Positions 27,083-37,180 of a stretch of 64,000 nt of DNA are shown one piece after another. The stretch comes from an uncultured Bacilli bacterium (GTDB lineage Bacteria; Bacillota_I; Bacilli_A; RF39; UBA660): NCBI GenBank assembly GCA_947589495.1, contig CANQAK010000003.1, positions 218-64,217 on the forward strand, in the 5' to 3' direction. Made by a program: the position numbers and the translations under genes. The stretch's first letter is position 1; each line of letters starts with the position of its first letter. The notes under the pieces were generated by a model. The model had not been told where the DNA came from. It worked only from the letters and a program-made list of their open reading frames with translations, and did no database searches.

Positions 27083-28135
27083 CTAAAATAGTCTCATAAT
27101 ATCATTAATTGTAACAAATAAGATTAAAATCATTAAAAGAATAAAACCAATAGTATGACACCAATTTTCAAATTTTTGATTAACTGGACTACCTTTTATT
27201 TTTTCAATTATTAAGAATAATATTCTTCCTCCATCAAATGCTGGGAATGGAATAATATTAATAACTCCAACATTTATTGATAAATATGCAATTAAATAAA
27301 CAACATAGTAAACACCATAGCTGACGCTTTGTCCTACTACAGAATAAATTCCTACCGGACCAGATAAAGCATTAACAGATATTTTACCAGTAACAAGTCC
27401 TGCAATGGTTAACCACATTGATGAAACTACTGCCCCAAATTTTTGAAAAGCAAATTTAACTTTATTTAATAATCCTAAAGTTTCTTCTTGATTAATATTA
27501 ACTCCAAATACCTTTGTTTCATTACCAGATTCATCTTTTTCTACTTTAGGAGTAATCTTATAATTTTCTACTTTACCATCAACATGTTCTATAGAAAATT
27601 CATAATAATCTTTATTATTTTTGTAATATAGTAATATTTGAGCTTCATCCCAGGTACTAATTTTCTTATTATTAATTGATAAGATAACATCCCCTTTAGT
27701 TATACCAGCTTCATACATTGGATAACCTTCTATAACAGAGTCAATTTTTGGTGTTAAAGAATTACTTCCCCATATAAGTGACATAATAAATAAAAGTAAA
27801 ATAGCCATAATAAAGTTATTCATAACTCCTGCTGCCATAACAATTATTCTTTGCCAAATTGGTTTGTTACATAAACATTTATCTTTCGGAATATCTTTAT
27901 CATCTTCATATACTTCTCCTGCTAAAGATACAAATCCTCCAATTGGAAGAGCTCTAATATTGTAAGTTATACCATCTTTTTTACCCTTTTTAGAATAAAT
28001 AACTGGTCCCATACCTATAGAAAATTCATAAATATAAACTCCAAATTTTTTAGCCCAGAAGAAATGTCCTGCTTCATGAACTAAAACAATTATTCCTAAA
28101 ATAAATATAAATAATATTAAAGTTAAAAACCACAT
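27083..28135 (-). CDS. rseP: RIP metalloprotease RseP (site-2 protease)
   Basis: HEAGHFFWAK (HExxH), a PDZ region, and the C-terminal NxxPxxxxDG motif (NIIPFPAFDGG). Confidence 0.92.
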   Translation of the reverse strand: MWFLTLILFIFILGIIVLVHEAGHFFWAKKFGVYIYEFSIGMGPVIYSKKGKKDGITYNIRALPIGGFVSLAGEVYEDDKDIPKDKCLCNKPIWQRIIVMAAGVMNNFIMAILLLFIMSLIWGSNSLTPKIDSVIEGYPMYEAGITKGDVILSINNKKISTWDEAQILLYYKNNKDYYEFSIEHVDGKVENYKITPKVEKDESGNETKVFGVNINQEETLGLLNKVKFAFQKFGAVVSSMWLTIAGLVTGKISVNALSGPVGIYSVVGQSVSYGVYYVVYLIAYLSINVGVINIIPFPAFDGGRILFLIIEKIKGSPVNQKFENWCHTIGFILLMILILFVTINDIMRLF

Positions 28136-28150
28136 TGTTTTACACTCTCC

Positions 28151-28954
28151 TTATAAAATTACTCTTAAAACGATATATGCTAATACAACAAATGATAAAC
28201 TATCAATTCTATCTAAAATTCCACCATGTCCTGGTATTAAATTAGAAAAATCTTTAATATCATTTTCTCTTTTTATTTTACTGAAAAGTAAATCTCCAAC
28301 TTGACCTATTACTGATAAAATAATTGTCATAATTACTACATTTATACTAAAATCTCCAAGTAAATTAGTAAAGACAATAACAGAAATAGTTACTCCCCCA
28401 ATTAATCCTGCTATAGCACCTTCCCAAGTCTTATTAGGACTAATTTTAGGACACATTTTATGTTTACCAATTAAATTACCAATAATATAAGCAAATGTAT
28501 CTGTTAAAAAATCAACACATAACAAATAAATTAATAAATAAATACTTATACTTCTAATATTTATAAGAGAATTAAATAATAATCCAAGTAAATAAACAAC
28601 CCCTATTAAATAAAAGGCATTATTAGTATTATATTTATCTTTTTTATAAAAAACAGTTGGAAGTAAAAGTAAAATTATCGGCACCATTAACTTTGGAGTA
28701 CTAATATACCCAAGTCCATCAAGCATATAATTACCTAAAACTAAATAAATAAGAGAAACTAGTCCTAAAATAACAACAATTATTGGAAATTCTTTATGTG
28801 ATTTTTTTAAATCAATAAATTCTTTATACGCTAATACACTTAAAAGTCCTATAACAATTGCATAAGGTATACCTCCAATAATTACTATAGGAATGATTAT
28901 TGCTAAGGCAACTAATGCACTAATTACTCTTTTTTTCATAAATCCTCCATACAT
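28151..28954 (-). CDS. cdsA: Phosphatidate cytidylyltransferase
   Basis: Multi-TM protein with the CTP-transferase signature SKIKRENDIKDFSNLIPGHGGILDRIDS. Confidence 0.92.
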   Translation of the reverse strand: MYGGFMKKRVISALVALAIIIPIVIIGGIPYAIVIGLLSVLAYKEFIDLKKSHKEFPIIVVILGLVSLIYLVLGNYMLDGLGYISTPKLMVPIILLLLPTVFYKKDKYNTNNAFYLIGVVYLLGLLFNSLINIRSISIYLLIYLLCVDFLTDTFAYIIGNLIGKHKMCPKISPNKTWEGAIAGLIGGVTISVIVFTNLLGDFSINVVIMTIILSVIGQVGDLLFSKIKRENDIKDFSNLIPGHGGILDRIDSLSFVVLAYIVLRVIL

Positions 28955-29020
28955 TATATTCTATTAAAAGTATACTATTATTTATTAGTTTAGTAAAGAA
29001 AAAGTGTATAAAATATACAC

Positions 29021-29455
29021 CTAATTTTCAATCTCTAATCTTTCTATTTCTTCTAATTCTCTTTCTAAAATATCTTTATATCTTCTTTTATAAATTGCTA
29101 CATGTCTTCTTAAATTATTAGCTTCATTTTCAACTTTTTCAGCTTTAATTAAAGCATTATTAATAATTCTTGAAGCATTCTTTTTAGCATCTTCTATGAT
29201 TAGTTTTGACTCTTCAAATGTTGTCTTCTTAATATTTTGTGTTGACTCTTCTGCTATTAAAATAGCTCTATTTAAAGTATTTTCTAAATTTTTATAATGG
29301 GACAACTCCCCTTTTAATTTAAGAATTTCTTCATCCCTTGCTTTTAAATTATTTAGCATACTTTCATACTCAGTTGTAACATTTTTAACAAAAGAATTCA
29401 CTTCATTTTTATTATAACCAGGAATACTTGTATTAAATTTTTTCATAAAACCCAC
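29021..29455 (-). CDS. DivIVA domain protein
   Basis: N-terminal GYNKNEVNSFV motif followed by coiled coil. Lies next to sepF. Confidence 0.8.
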   Translation of the reverse strand: MGFMKKFNTSIPGYNKNEVNSFVKNVTTEYESMLNNLKARDEEILKLKGELSHYKNLENTLNRAILIAEESTQNIKKTTFEESKLIIEDAKKNASRIINNALIKAEKVENEANNLRRHVAIYKRRYKDILERELEEIERLEIEN

Positions 29456-29469
29456 AACCGTTCTTTATT

Positions 29470-29880
29470 TTACCACTCTAATTCGTCTTCTCTTTCATTT
29501 TTAGCTTTATCAGAATCATCAGTTATTTTTCCTTGAACATTAACATTCTTTGGAGTACATAAATAAATACCTACTCCAATTTTTTGCATATTACCACCAA
29601 TGGCATATATACAACCACTTAGAAAATCAATAATTCTTTTAGCTTGAGCTGAAGTTACTCTTTTTAGATTAACTACAACACTATTACGAGCTTTTAAATG
29701 ATCTGCAATTGCTTGAGCTTCTGAAAAAGAACGAGGTTCTAATAAAATCATTTTATTTCCTACTTTATCTGCTTCTTTTAAAGCATCTGCTTCTGATACA
29801 GCATAATATTCATCTTCTGTACCTAATACATCTGTATCTTCATCATCTTTAAACAAACTTTTTAATTTACTAAGTGCCAT
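29470..29880 (-). CDS. sepF: Cell division protein SepF
   Basis: 136 aa with the DUF552 core (LEPRSFSEAQAIADHLK...VVNL...RIIDFLSG). Confidence 0.88.
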   Translation of the reverse strand: MALSKLKSLFKDDEDTDVLGTEDEYYAVSEADALKEADKVGNKMILLEPRSFSEAQAIADHLKARNSVVVNLKRVTSAQAKRIIDFLSGCIYAIGGNMQKIGVGIYLCTPKNVNVQGKITDDSDKAKNEREDELEW

Positions 29881-29937
29881 AACTTATCCTCCGTATTATT
29901 TAGATTACTATTTTATTCTATCAAATAAATAAGATTT

Positions 29938-31314
29938 TTACAAGACTATTTTGCTTTCAATATAATCTTTTATTTCATCTACTTTTAAAGTAATTTGTTT
30001 CATCGTATCACGTTCTCTTATAGTAACTGTATCTTCATTTAAAGTGTTATCATCAATTGTAATTGTAAATGGAGTACCAACTGCATCACTTCTTCTATAT
30101 CTTTTACCAATACTTCCTGCTTCATCGTATGTACAGTAAAAATGTTTACTTAACTGTGCATATACATCTTGAGCTTTTTCAGCATGAATTTTTTTAACTA
30201 AAGGTAAGATAGTTGCTTTTATTGGTGCTAGTGATGGATCTATTTTTAATACTAATCTTTCTTCATCATCAATTAATTCTTTAGTATAAGCATCAGTAAG
30301 TATTGCTAAAAGTAGTCTTTCAACTCCTACAGAAGGTTCAATTACATATGGTAAATATTTTTCATTTGTTTCAGGATCTAAATATCTTAAATCTTCTTTA
30401 GAGTGTTCCATATGAACACCTAAATCATAATCAGTTCGATCAGCTATTCCCCAAAGTTCTCCCCATCCAAATGGAAATTTATATTCAATATCAGTAGTAG
30501 CTTTACTATAGAATGATAATTCTTCTTTTTTATGATCTCGATAACGTAAATTTTCTTTTTTAAGTCCTAAAGATTTTAAAAAATCTATACAATAATTTTT
30601 CCAAAAACCAAACCATTCTAAATCAGTCCCTGGTTTACAAAAGAATTCTAATTCCATTTGTTCAAATTCTCTCATTCTAAAAATAAAATTACCTGGTGTT
30701 ATTTCATTTCTAAAACTTTTACCATATTGTCCTATTCCAAAAGGAATTTTAGCTCTCATACTTCTTTCAACATTTTTAAAGTTAACAAAAATTCCTTGGG
30801 CAGTCTCTCCTCTTAAATATATTTTATTTTTAGCATCTTCCGTAACACCTTGACTAGTTTCAAATAATAAATTGAATTTACGAATATTAGTAAAGTCATG
30901 ACTGCCACACTTAGGACATAAAATATTTTCTTTATTTATTAAATCAATTAATTCTTCTTCACTTAAACCATCACCAGTAATTTCTCCCTTAGTAGCATCT
31001 TCAATTAATTTATCAGCTCTAAATCTACTTTTACAATGTTTACAATCTATTAAAGGATCTGAAAATGATGCAACATGACCAGATGCTACCCACACTTTAG
31101 GATTCATTAAAATAGCAGAGTCTAGTCCATAATTATATGAACTTTCTTCAATAAATTTTTTCCACCAGGCTTTTTTAATATTTTGTTTTAATAAGACTCC
31201 TAATGGACCATAATCCCATGCATTGGCAAGACCTCCATATATTTCACTTCCTTGAAAGATGAATCCATATTGTTTAGAATAATTAACTAATTCTTCCATT
31301 GTAACTTTTTCCAT
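29938..31314 (-). CDS. glyQS: Glycine--tRNA ligase (dimeric GlyQS type)
   Basis: [22 protein letters not shown] and class II motifs. Start set at the ATG at 31314, which is preceded by AAGGAGA. The upstream in-frame extension belongs to the T-box leader. Confidence 0.95.
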   Translation of the reverse strand: MEKVTMEELVNYSKQYGFIFQGSEIYGGLANAWDYGPLGVLLKQNIKKAWWKKFIEESSYNYGLDSAILMNPKVWVASGHVASFSDPLIDCKHCKSRFRADKLIEDATKGEITGDGLSEEELIDLINKENILCPKCGSHDFTNIRKFNLLFETSQGVTEDAKNKIYLRGETAQGIFVNFKNVERSMRAKIPFGIGQYGKSFRNEITPGNFIFRMREFEQMELEFFCKPGTDLEWFGFWKNYCIDFLKSLGLKKENLRYRDHKKEELSFYSKATTDIEYKFPFGWGELWGIADRTDYDLGVHMEHSKEDLRYLDPETNEKYLPYVIEPSVGVERLLLAILTDAYTKELIDDEERLVLKIDPSLAPIKATILPLVKKIHAEKAQDVYAQLSKHFYCTYDEAGSIGKRYRRSDAVGTPFTITIDDNTLNEDTVTIRERDTMKQITLKVDEIKDYIESKIVL

Positions 31315-31317
31315 AAA

Positions 31318-31455
31318 ATTTCTCCTTCTAATAAAAAAACTCCTAGTTCTTGTAAGGACGGGTAATCCCCGCGGTTCCACCTTACTTATTCCTAGAAGAA
31401 TCTCTCTTAATTATATAGCTCGGGTTTTCCACACCGTCATCACTTGTATATTTAG
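31318..31455 (-). promoter_or_regulatory. T-box leader (glycine) upstream of glyQS
   Basis: The minus strand contains AAGGTGGAACCGCGGGG (T-box consensus core GGTGGNACCGCG), an upstream GTGATGA kink-turn-like element, and a T-run before the RBS. Confidence 0.7.
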
Positions 31456-31467
31456 ATTATATCTAAA

Positions 31468-32109
31468 CTATTTAATTTTATCAACTAAATTTGTTAATTT
31501 TTTAACTTCTATACTGTTAATTTTAACGTATTTAAGATAACAATCAGAACAAAGTGGGACATATTCTATGTCCTTTACCATTCCATCATCAATCATTATT
31601 GTAGGACCATTATCAGTATATTTACCATTTACTTTTCTAGCATTAAAAATAGCTTTCTTACCACACCGACATAAACTACTACTACCTATTTCTTCTATTA
31701 TGTCGGCAATTGCAAATATTTGCGATATGCCCTTATCAAATATTTCTCCTTTAAAGTTACTTTTAAGTCCATAGCATATAACAGGAATGTTTATAAGATG
31801 TGATATAGTCCATAATTCTCTTATTTGTTTTTCATTTAAAAGTTCTACTTCATCTACTAGTATAACTTTAGCAGTATAATATTTTTTATAATATTTTTCT
31901 TTTAATAAAGATTCTTCATCTTTAAGTAAAATATCTACTGCTCTTTTCATTCCATTTCTTGATATTATGTTATTTCTACCTTTAGTATCTTTTATTGATT
32001 TAATAATTATTACTTTAAAATTATTCTCTTCATAATTGTATGCTGTTTGTAAAATATTTAATGTTTTACCACCATTCATTGCACTATACTTAAAAACCAT
32101 TTCTGCCAT
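31468..32109 (-). CDS. tdk: Thymidine kinase
   Basis: P-loop-like YSAMNGGKT, VDEVELL, and C-terminal Zn cysteines CRCG...CSDC. Confidence 0.9.
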   Translation of the reverse strand: MAEMVFKYSAMNGGKTLNILQTAYNYEENNFKVIIIKSIKDTKGRNNIISRNGMKRAVDILLKDEESLLKEKYYKKYYTAKVILVDEVELLNEKQIRELWTISHLINIPVICYGLKSNFKGEIFDKGISQIFAIADIIEEIGSSSLCRCGKKAIFNARKVNGKYTDNGPTIMIDDGMVKDIEYVPLCSDCYLKYVKINSIEVKKLTNLVDKIK

Positions 32110-32234
32110 TATTTACCACCTACCTATAGTATAATTTAGAATACTATTAGTTACAACTATAATATTACTTTTCTAATTTATTAATAAAAAAGTATAAATA
32201 TTATTTTATCAATATCTATACTTTTAATGGATCA

Positions 32235-34400
32235 TTATTTTATGTAGAATGGATCAGTGGTTGATCCTGAACCTCCAAGTTCTATATCAGACTTCAGATA
32301 GAAGACAGGGCGAACCGCATTCGTAACGTCCAAGGAGTTGCGGTAGACAGCGCCAGTCTGACCCAAATACCAAGCATAGAAGACAGTACTTGAGCTACTA
32401 TACCGACCTACACGTGTCATGGTCCATTCAGAATCAGATGCATTTCCATTTTGTTTCAAATGAATCCACCCATTATCTATACATTTTTTATTGGAACTGT
32501 CTGTTTTTGAATAATGACATCCATCTTCTTTTGATTGGTAATAATAATCATGTAAGTAGATTAATCCTATGTTACCTGTTTTTTTTCCATCCCATTTTTT
32601 TGTTATGATTCCATTTTCTTTTTCTGATGGTAATTTTCCATAGTATTGACTATTTTGTTTCCCTGTTTCTATTTGATATAAATTTTCTCCTGTTAAATTT
32701 GTTACATATTGATATTCTATATCACCATACCACCAGTCCCATTCCTGAATTTTATTTTTTATTTCTTCACTTAGTGAATTGTAAAATGTTTCATTTAGTG
32801 TTGTATACATTTCACTATTTGGCCATTCGGGACAGCCATTTGTTTGATCACATTTATATTTTTCATTTGAATCAGTTTCACTATATTTCGTGTTCCATCT
32901 ATATGTACTTCCATATTTTGTTTGTTTTATGACTTTTATATTTCCTTCTGGGGTTATTCCTATGATTCGGTACATATCTTCACTTTTATATCCACATTTT
33001 TCATCATTTAGTTTTCCTAAACATATATAGTTATCTACACTACTTCCTTGATAACGATACATTCCTCCGACTAAGGTTGAACTTAACGTTTTATTCGAAT
33101 CTTTATCTCTTAAATAATTTTCTTGATTTGTTGGTTCGGTTAATGTAAATGGATTATCTACTGTTCCACTTCCATATAATTTTATATTATTCTTTAAATA
33201 GAAAACTGGGCGCACCGCAAACGGAGCGTGCAAGCCGTTGCTGTTGACATGGCCAAGTGCATTTACATACCACGCGCCAAAGAAAGTGCTCGCGCCATTA
33301 TGCCGACCTATACGCGACATGGTCCATTCGTTATCAGATGTATTCCCATTTTGCGACAAATGCATCCAACCATCATTCATACATTTTTTATATACACTAT
33401 CTCCTTTTTCATAATGACAATTGTTTTGTTGTGATTGATAATAATAATCATGTAAGTATATTAATCCTATATTAGCTTTGTCGCTCATTTTTGTCCATTT
33501 TATATCTTTTGTCGATTCTATTAATGTTCCACTTTTATCATAATATTGTGTTGATGCATTTCCTGTTTCTATATTATACACTTCATCTGCTGTAGTTAAC
33601 GTTCCAAGATAATCATATCCTATATCTCCATACCACCATTTTTGTGGTTCTATTTTATTTTGTATATTATCATTAAGTGAATTGTAAAATGTGTCATTTA
33701 ATGTTTTATATATTTCACTTTGTTCCCATGTTGGACAATCTTCACCTGTACAATAATAATCTTCAGAACTATAGTTTGAATCTACACTATATTTTGTATC
33801 CCATTTATATTTCCCTATACTGGTTTGTTTTATAACTTTGATATTTCCTTCAGGAGTGATTCCTATGATTCGATACATATCATCTGATTTTTCAGAACAT
33901 TTTCCTTCTAAACATAAGTAATTATTTACTTGGGCATTTGTTCCTTGATATCTATACATTCCTCCAACTGGTTCAGAACTTAACCCATTACTCTTTTTTA
34001 ATTGTTCTATTAATTCTTTTGCATTACTCTTATCAAAATATACATAACAATATACTGCTTGATTTGTTCTTACACTAAATTTTTTATCTGTATATGTTAA
34101 TACATTTGCTACTGCTAATCCTTTAGAATCTATACATCCTGATTTATCTGCATTATAATTATATCCTTCTGTTGGAAAATCATTTTTAGTACTTTGTTTA
34201 TATTCTCCATTTTCTTCTTGTAACATAATTGCAAACATTCCACTTTTTGATGAATTATTATTAACAAGTTTTACTTCATCTAATTGTGTTTCTTTATCCG
34301 ATAATTTATTGTTTATTAAAAATATACTACTTACTATTGTTAGTATTACTATTATTAATATTATATATATTCTATTTTTTGTATTAAGTTTATTTTTCAT
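32235..34400 (-). CDS. Secreted modular protein C (family member 3, different N-terminal domain)
   Basis: Signal anchor IYIILIIVILTIVSSIF, a ~130-aa N-domain, then two modules with PVGGMYRYQG/LVGGMYRYQG, MYRIIGITPEGNIKVIKQ, IGLIYLHDYYYQS, EWTM(S/T)R, VRPVFYLK and GSG..(D/N)PF. Confidence 0.8.
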   Translation of the reverse strand: MKNKLNTKNRIYIILIIVILTIVSSIFLINNKLSDKETQLDEVKLVNNNSSKSGMFAIMLQEENGEYKQSTKNDFPTEGYNYNADKSGCIDSKGLAVANVLTYTDKKFSVRTNQAVYCYVYFDKSNAKELIEQLKKSNGLSSEPVGGMYRYQGTNAQVNNYLCLEGKCSEKSDDMYRIIGITPEGNIKVIKQTSIGKYKWDTKYSVDSNYSSEDYYCTGEDCPTWEQSEIYKTLNDTFYNSLNDNIQNKIEPQKWWYGDIGYDYLGTLTTADEVYNIETGNASTQYYDKSGTLIESTKDIKWTKMSDKANIGLIYLHDYYYQSQQNNCHYEKGDSVYKKCMNDGWMHLSQNGNTSDNEWTMSRIGRHNGASTFFGAWYVNALGHVNSNGLHAPFAVRPVFYLKNNIKLYGSGTVDNPFTLTEPTNQENYLRDKDSNKTLSSTLVGGMYRYQGSSVDNYICLGKLNDEKCGYKSEDMYRIIGITPEGNIKVIKQTKYGSTYRWNTKYSETDSNEKYKCDQTNGCPEWPNSEMYTTLNETFYNSLSEEIKNKIQEWDWWYGDIEYQYVTNLTGENLYQIETGKQNSQYYGKLPSEKENGIITKKWDGKKTGNIGLIYLHDYYYQSKEDGCHYSKTDSSNKKCIDNGWIHLKQNGNASDSEWTMTRVGRYSSSSTVFYAWYLGQTGAVYRNSLDVTNAVRPVFYLKSDIELGGSGSTTDPFYIK

Positions 34401-34575
34401 AACTTAACCCTTCCTTTACTACCTATTATGTATAATTTATTTATCTTTTATACATTGTAACGACTTACGGTATTTATAACATTATTCTTAATATAACTAT
34501 AAATTATCTAACTTAATTTGTCAATAACAACAGATGTGTTTTACAAAAAATTAGTAAACTAAAAAAAACAATTGT

Positions 34576-35319
34576 TTATAATTTAGCAATTGTTTTTAAA
34601 AAATCTTTACTCTTTAAATATAAACCAGTATAATCATCATAAAAGTTAGTTAGAAATTTATTAATTTCGTTAATAATATCTTCTTTTAATGATAATTTAG
34701 AAATACTTTTTATATCTACTATATAATACATATTTAATACTTTAATTATACTTATAGGAATTATTCTTTCATTTGTATAACAATTTTTACAAATAAGACC
34801 ACCTTTCTCACTAGATAATGTAACTATTTCTTTTTTACTTCCACAGTTAACACAACTAACTAAGTTTAATCCTACTCCTAAATAATCTAAAAGTCTTAGT
34901 TCAATTATATTAGTGATGACGATGGGATTTAATCCCTCGTCTATTTTAATTAAAGCATTAATAAAATCATCATAGATAGCATTATTGTTAGTTTGTTTTA
35001 ATACTTGATTTACTAAATCTAAAAGGTATGATGCATAGCTTATTAATAAAATATCATTTTTAATATTTTTAAATGGATTAATAATATCAACATTATTTAA
35101 TAAAGATAATTTATTTTTTTTATAATATATATGAAATATACCATAACTAAGTTTCATAGTACTGCTTCTTAATTTACTTTTAATACCCATAGCACCTTTA
35201 CATAAAATACCTATAATACCATATTCTTTAGTAAATACATTAATAATTTTTGAAGTATCACCATAAGGTGTTTCTTTTAATACAATACCTTCAACACTTA
35301 TAAGTGTACTACTACCCAT
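34576..35319 (-). CDS. recO: DNA repair protein RecO
   Basis: 247 aa with an OB-fold N-terminus and Zn motif CVNCG...CKNC. Sits in the era-recO order. Confidence 0.88.
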   Translation of the reverse strand: MGSSTLISVEGIVLKETPYGDTSKIINVFTKEYGIIGILCKGAMGIKSKLRSSTMKLSYGIFHIYYKKNKLSLLNNVDIINPFKNIKNDILLISYASYLLDLVNQVLKQTNNNAIYDDFINALIKIDEGLNPIVITNIIELRLLDYLGVGLNLVSCVNCGSKKEIVTLSSEKGGLICKNCYTNERIIPISIIKVLNMYYIVDIKSISKLSLKEDIINEINKFLTNFYDDYTGLYLKSKDFLKTIAKL

Positions 35320-35334
35320 AAAATCACCAACTAC

Positions 35335-35415
35335 TTATTTACATTTTTTATAATTAAGGTAATCTTCTACTTTACCACTATTTTTAAATTTTTCCCAAGC
35401 TTCTTTTTTATTCAT
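35335..35415 (-). CDS. yqzL: YqzL-family small protein (not in the ORF track)
   Basis: Hand-translated as MNKKEAWEKFKNSGKVEDYLNYKKCK, with RBS GGAGGAAATAAG upstream. Lies between era and recO, as yqzL does in Bacillus. Confidence 0.6.
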   Translation of the reverse strand: MNKKEAWEKFKNSGKVEDYLNYKKCK

Positions 35416-35457
35416 CTTATTTCCTCCTACTAATATGATGGAGAAAATATTTATTTT

Positions 35458-36348
35458 TTATTCATAATCAAAGAAACCTAATTCTTTTAAATATTTTTCT
35501 TTATCTTTCCAATTTTCAATAACTTTAACATATAGTTCTAGGTAAACTTGTTTACCCAACATTTCTTCTAAATCTTTTCTAGCTAAAATACCAACCTTTT
35601 TTAGCATTTCTCCTTCATGTCCAATAATAATTTTTTTAATATTTTGTTTATCTACTATTATATCAACATTTATATTTACAATATCTTTTTTATATTCAAT
35701 ATTAGTAGTATGACATGTAATAGAATGTGGTATTTCTTCAGTTGTATTTTGAAGTAATTTTTCTCTAACAAATTCAGATGCTAAAAAAGGAATACTACTA
35801 CTAGTAATTATTTCATCATCATAATATTTTAAATTATCTTTTAAATACTTTTTAATTACTTCAATTAAATGATCAATATTATCATATTCTTTAGCAGATA
35901 CTGGTACTATTTCAGAAAAAGAATAATCTTTATATTCATTTATAGCCATTATTAATGTTTCTTTAGAAACTTTATCTATTTTATTTATTACTAAAATAAC
36001 AGGAATTTTATTTTTTAAGACATTTTCCATTAAAAATTTATCGCCTTTACCTATTCCTGATGATATATCCACTACTAATAAAATTAAATCAACATCTTTA
36101 GTTAAAGCATAAGCTTGTTTATTTAAAACTTTACCTAATTTATTTAATGGTTTAGCTATCCCTGGTGTATCAACAAAAATAATTTGAGTATCATTACCAT
36201 GATATATTCCTTCAATAATATTTCTAGTTGTTCCCGATACATTAGATGTAATAGCTACTTTATGTTCAATAATACTATTTAAAAGAGTACTTTTACCTAC
36301 ATTTGGTCTACCAACAATACTTACAAATCCACTTTTCATATAAATCAC
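35458..36348 (-). CDS. era: GTPase Era
   Basis: GRPNVGKST, DTPG and NKID motifs plus a C-terminal KH domain. Confidence 0.95.
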   Translation of the reverse strand: MIYMKSGFVSIVGRPNVGKSTLLNSIIEHKVAITSNVSGTTRNIIEGIYHGNDTQIIFVDTPGIAKPLNKLGKVLNKQAYALTKDVDLILLVVDISSGIGKGDKFLMENVLKNKIPVILVINKIDKVSKETLIMAINEYKDYSFSEIVPVSAKEYDNIDHLIEVIKKYLKDNLKYYDDEIITSSSIPFLASEFVREKLLQNTTEEIPHSITCHTTNIEYKKDIVNINVDIIVDKQNIKKIIIGHEGEMLKKVGILARKDLEEMLGKQVYLELYVKVIENWKDKEKYLKELGFFDYE

Positions 36349-36759
36349 CTAAAAAATACTTAAAATTAATTTTAAAACATAAGGAACAAATATAATTAAA
36401 TTAACTATAATAGCTAAAACTGTCATTATTCCAGTTGCAGCAGAACCACAATCTTTAGCTATTTTAGCATATTCATTATATTCTTGTGTAACCATATCAA
36501 CAGTAGCTTCAATCGCTGTATTAATAAGCTCTATAATAGTTATAAGAGCAAGACTTCCAAATGATATAACCCATTCTAAAAATTCAATATCAAAAATTAT
36601 ACCTAAAATAATGATAAAACATGCTGATAGAGCTTCCACTAAAAAACTTGATTCATTTTTAAAACAATATGCTAAACCTTGATATGAATACTTACATTTA
36701 TTAAAAATATTTCTTATTAAACTAACATTCTTTTTTTCTTCTTGTTTTTTCATCTTCAT
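36349..36759 (-). CDS. dgkA: Diacylglycerol/undecaprenol kinase DgkA
   Basis: Three-TM protein of 136 aa with the ELINTAIEATVD motif, between ybeY and era. Confidence 0.85.
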   Translation of the reverse strand: MKMKKQEEKKNVSLIRNIFNKCKYSYQGLAYCFKNESSFLVEALSACFIIILGIIFDIEFLEWVISFGSLALITIIELINTAIEATVDMVTQEYNEYAKIAKDCGSAATGIMTVLAIIVNLIIFVPYVLKLILSIF

Positions 36760-37180
36760 CTAAATACTTCTCCTGTAAAGCAAACATTACTACTTCATCT
36801 TCTTTTTTAATGTGATCATATGAAAGAAGATGTAAAAGTCCATGACATGTAAGAAAAGCTAATTCCCTTTCTTCACTATGTCCATATATTTTTGCTTGTT
36901 CTATCATTCTAGGAATACATATATATATTTCCCCTAAAAAGCGAATATTATTATACACCTGTTTCTGGTTATCTTCAAATGCAAATGATATAACATCAGT
37001 AATATTATCAATATTACGATAAGTTTTATTTAAATATTGGATTTTTTCATTACCTACAAAAACAATACTAAAATTAGCATTTTTAACTTTTTCACCCTTT
37101 AATACTCTTTCAATTAAAGAATTTAAATAACTATAATCTTTATTATAACCATATTCATTTGTAATACTATAATCACTCAT
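36722..37180 (-). CDS. ybeY: rRNA maturation endoribonuclease YbeY
   Basis: HGLLHLLSYDH metal-binding motif. The start ATG overlaps the upstream stop codon (TAATG). Confidence 0.92.
   Translation of the reverse strand: MSDYSITNEYGYNKDYSYLNSLIERVLKGEKVKNANFSIVFVGNEKIQYLNKTYRNIDNITDVISFAFEDNQKQVYNNIRFLGEIYICIPRMIEQAKIYGHSEERELAFLTCHGLLHLLSYDHIKKEDEVVMFALQEKYLDEDEKTRRKKEC

Noticed and set aside
31315-31380. N-terminal extension of the glyQS ORF ([22 protein letters not shown]), and the similar extension of serS (62666-62728).
   Set aside because: These codons are the translated T-box core and terminator. The real starts have good RBSs at 31314 and 62665 and match the conserved synthetase N-termini.
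9580-34400. Calling a complete diversity-generating retroelement as an annotated feature.
   Set aside because: No reverse transcriptase ORF, template repeat or Avd-like gene exists in the window. Only the target-like signature is visible, so it is reported as a hypothesis rather than a feature.
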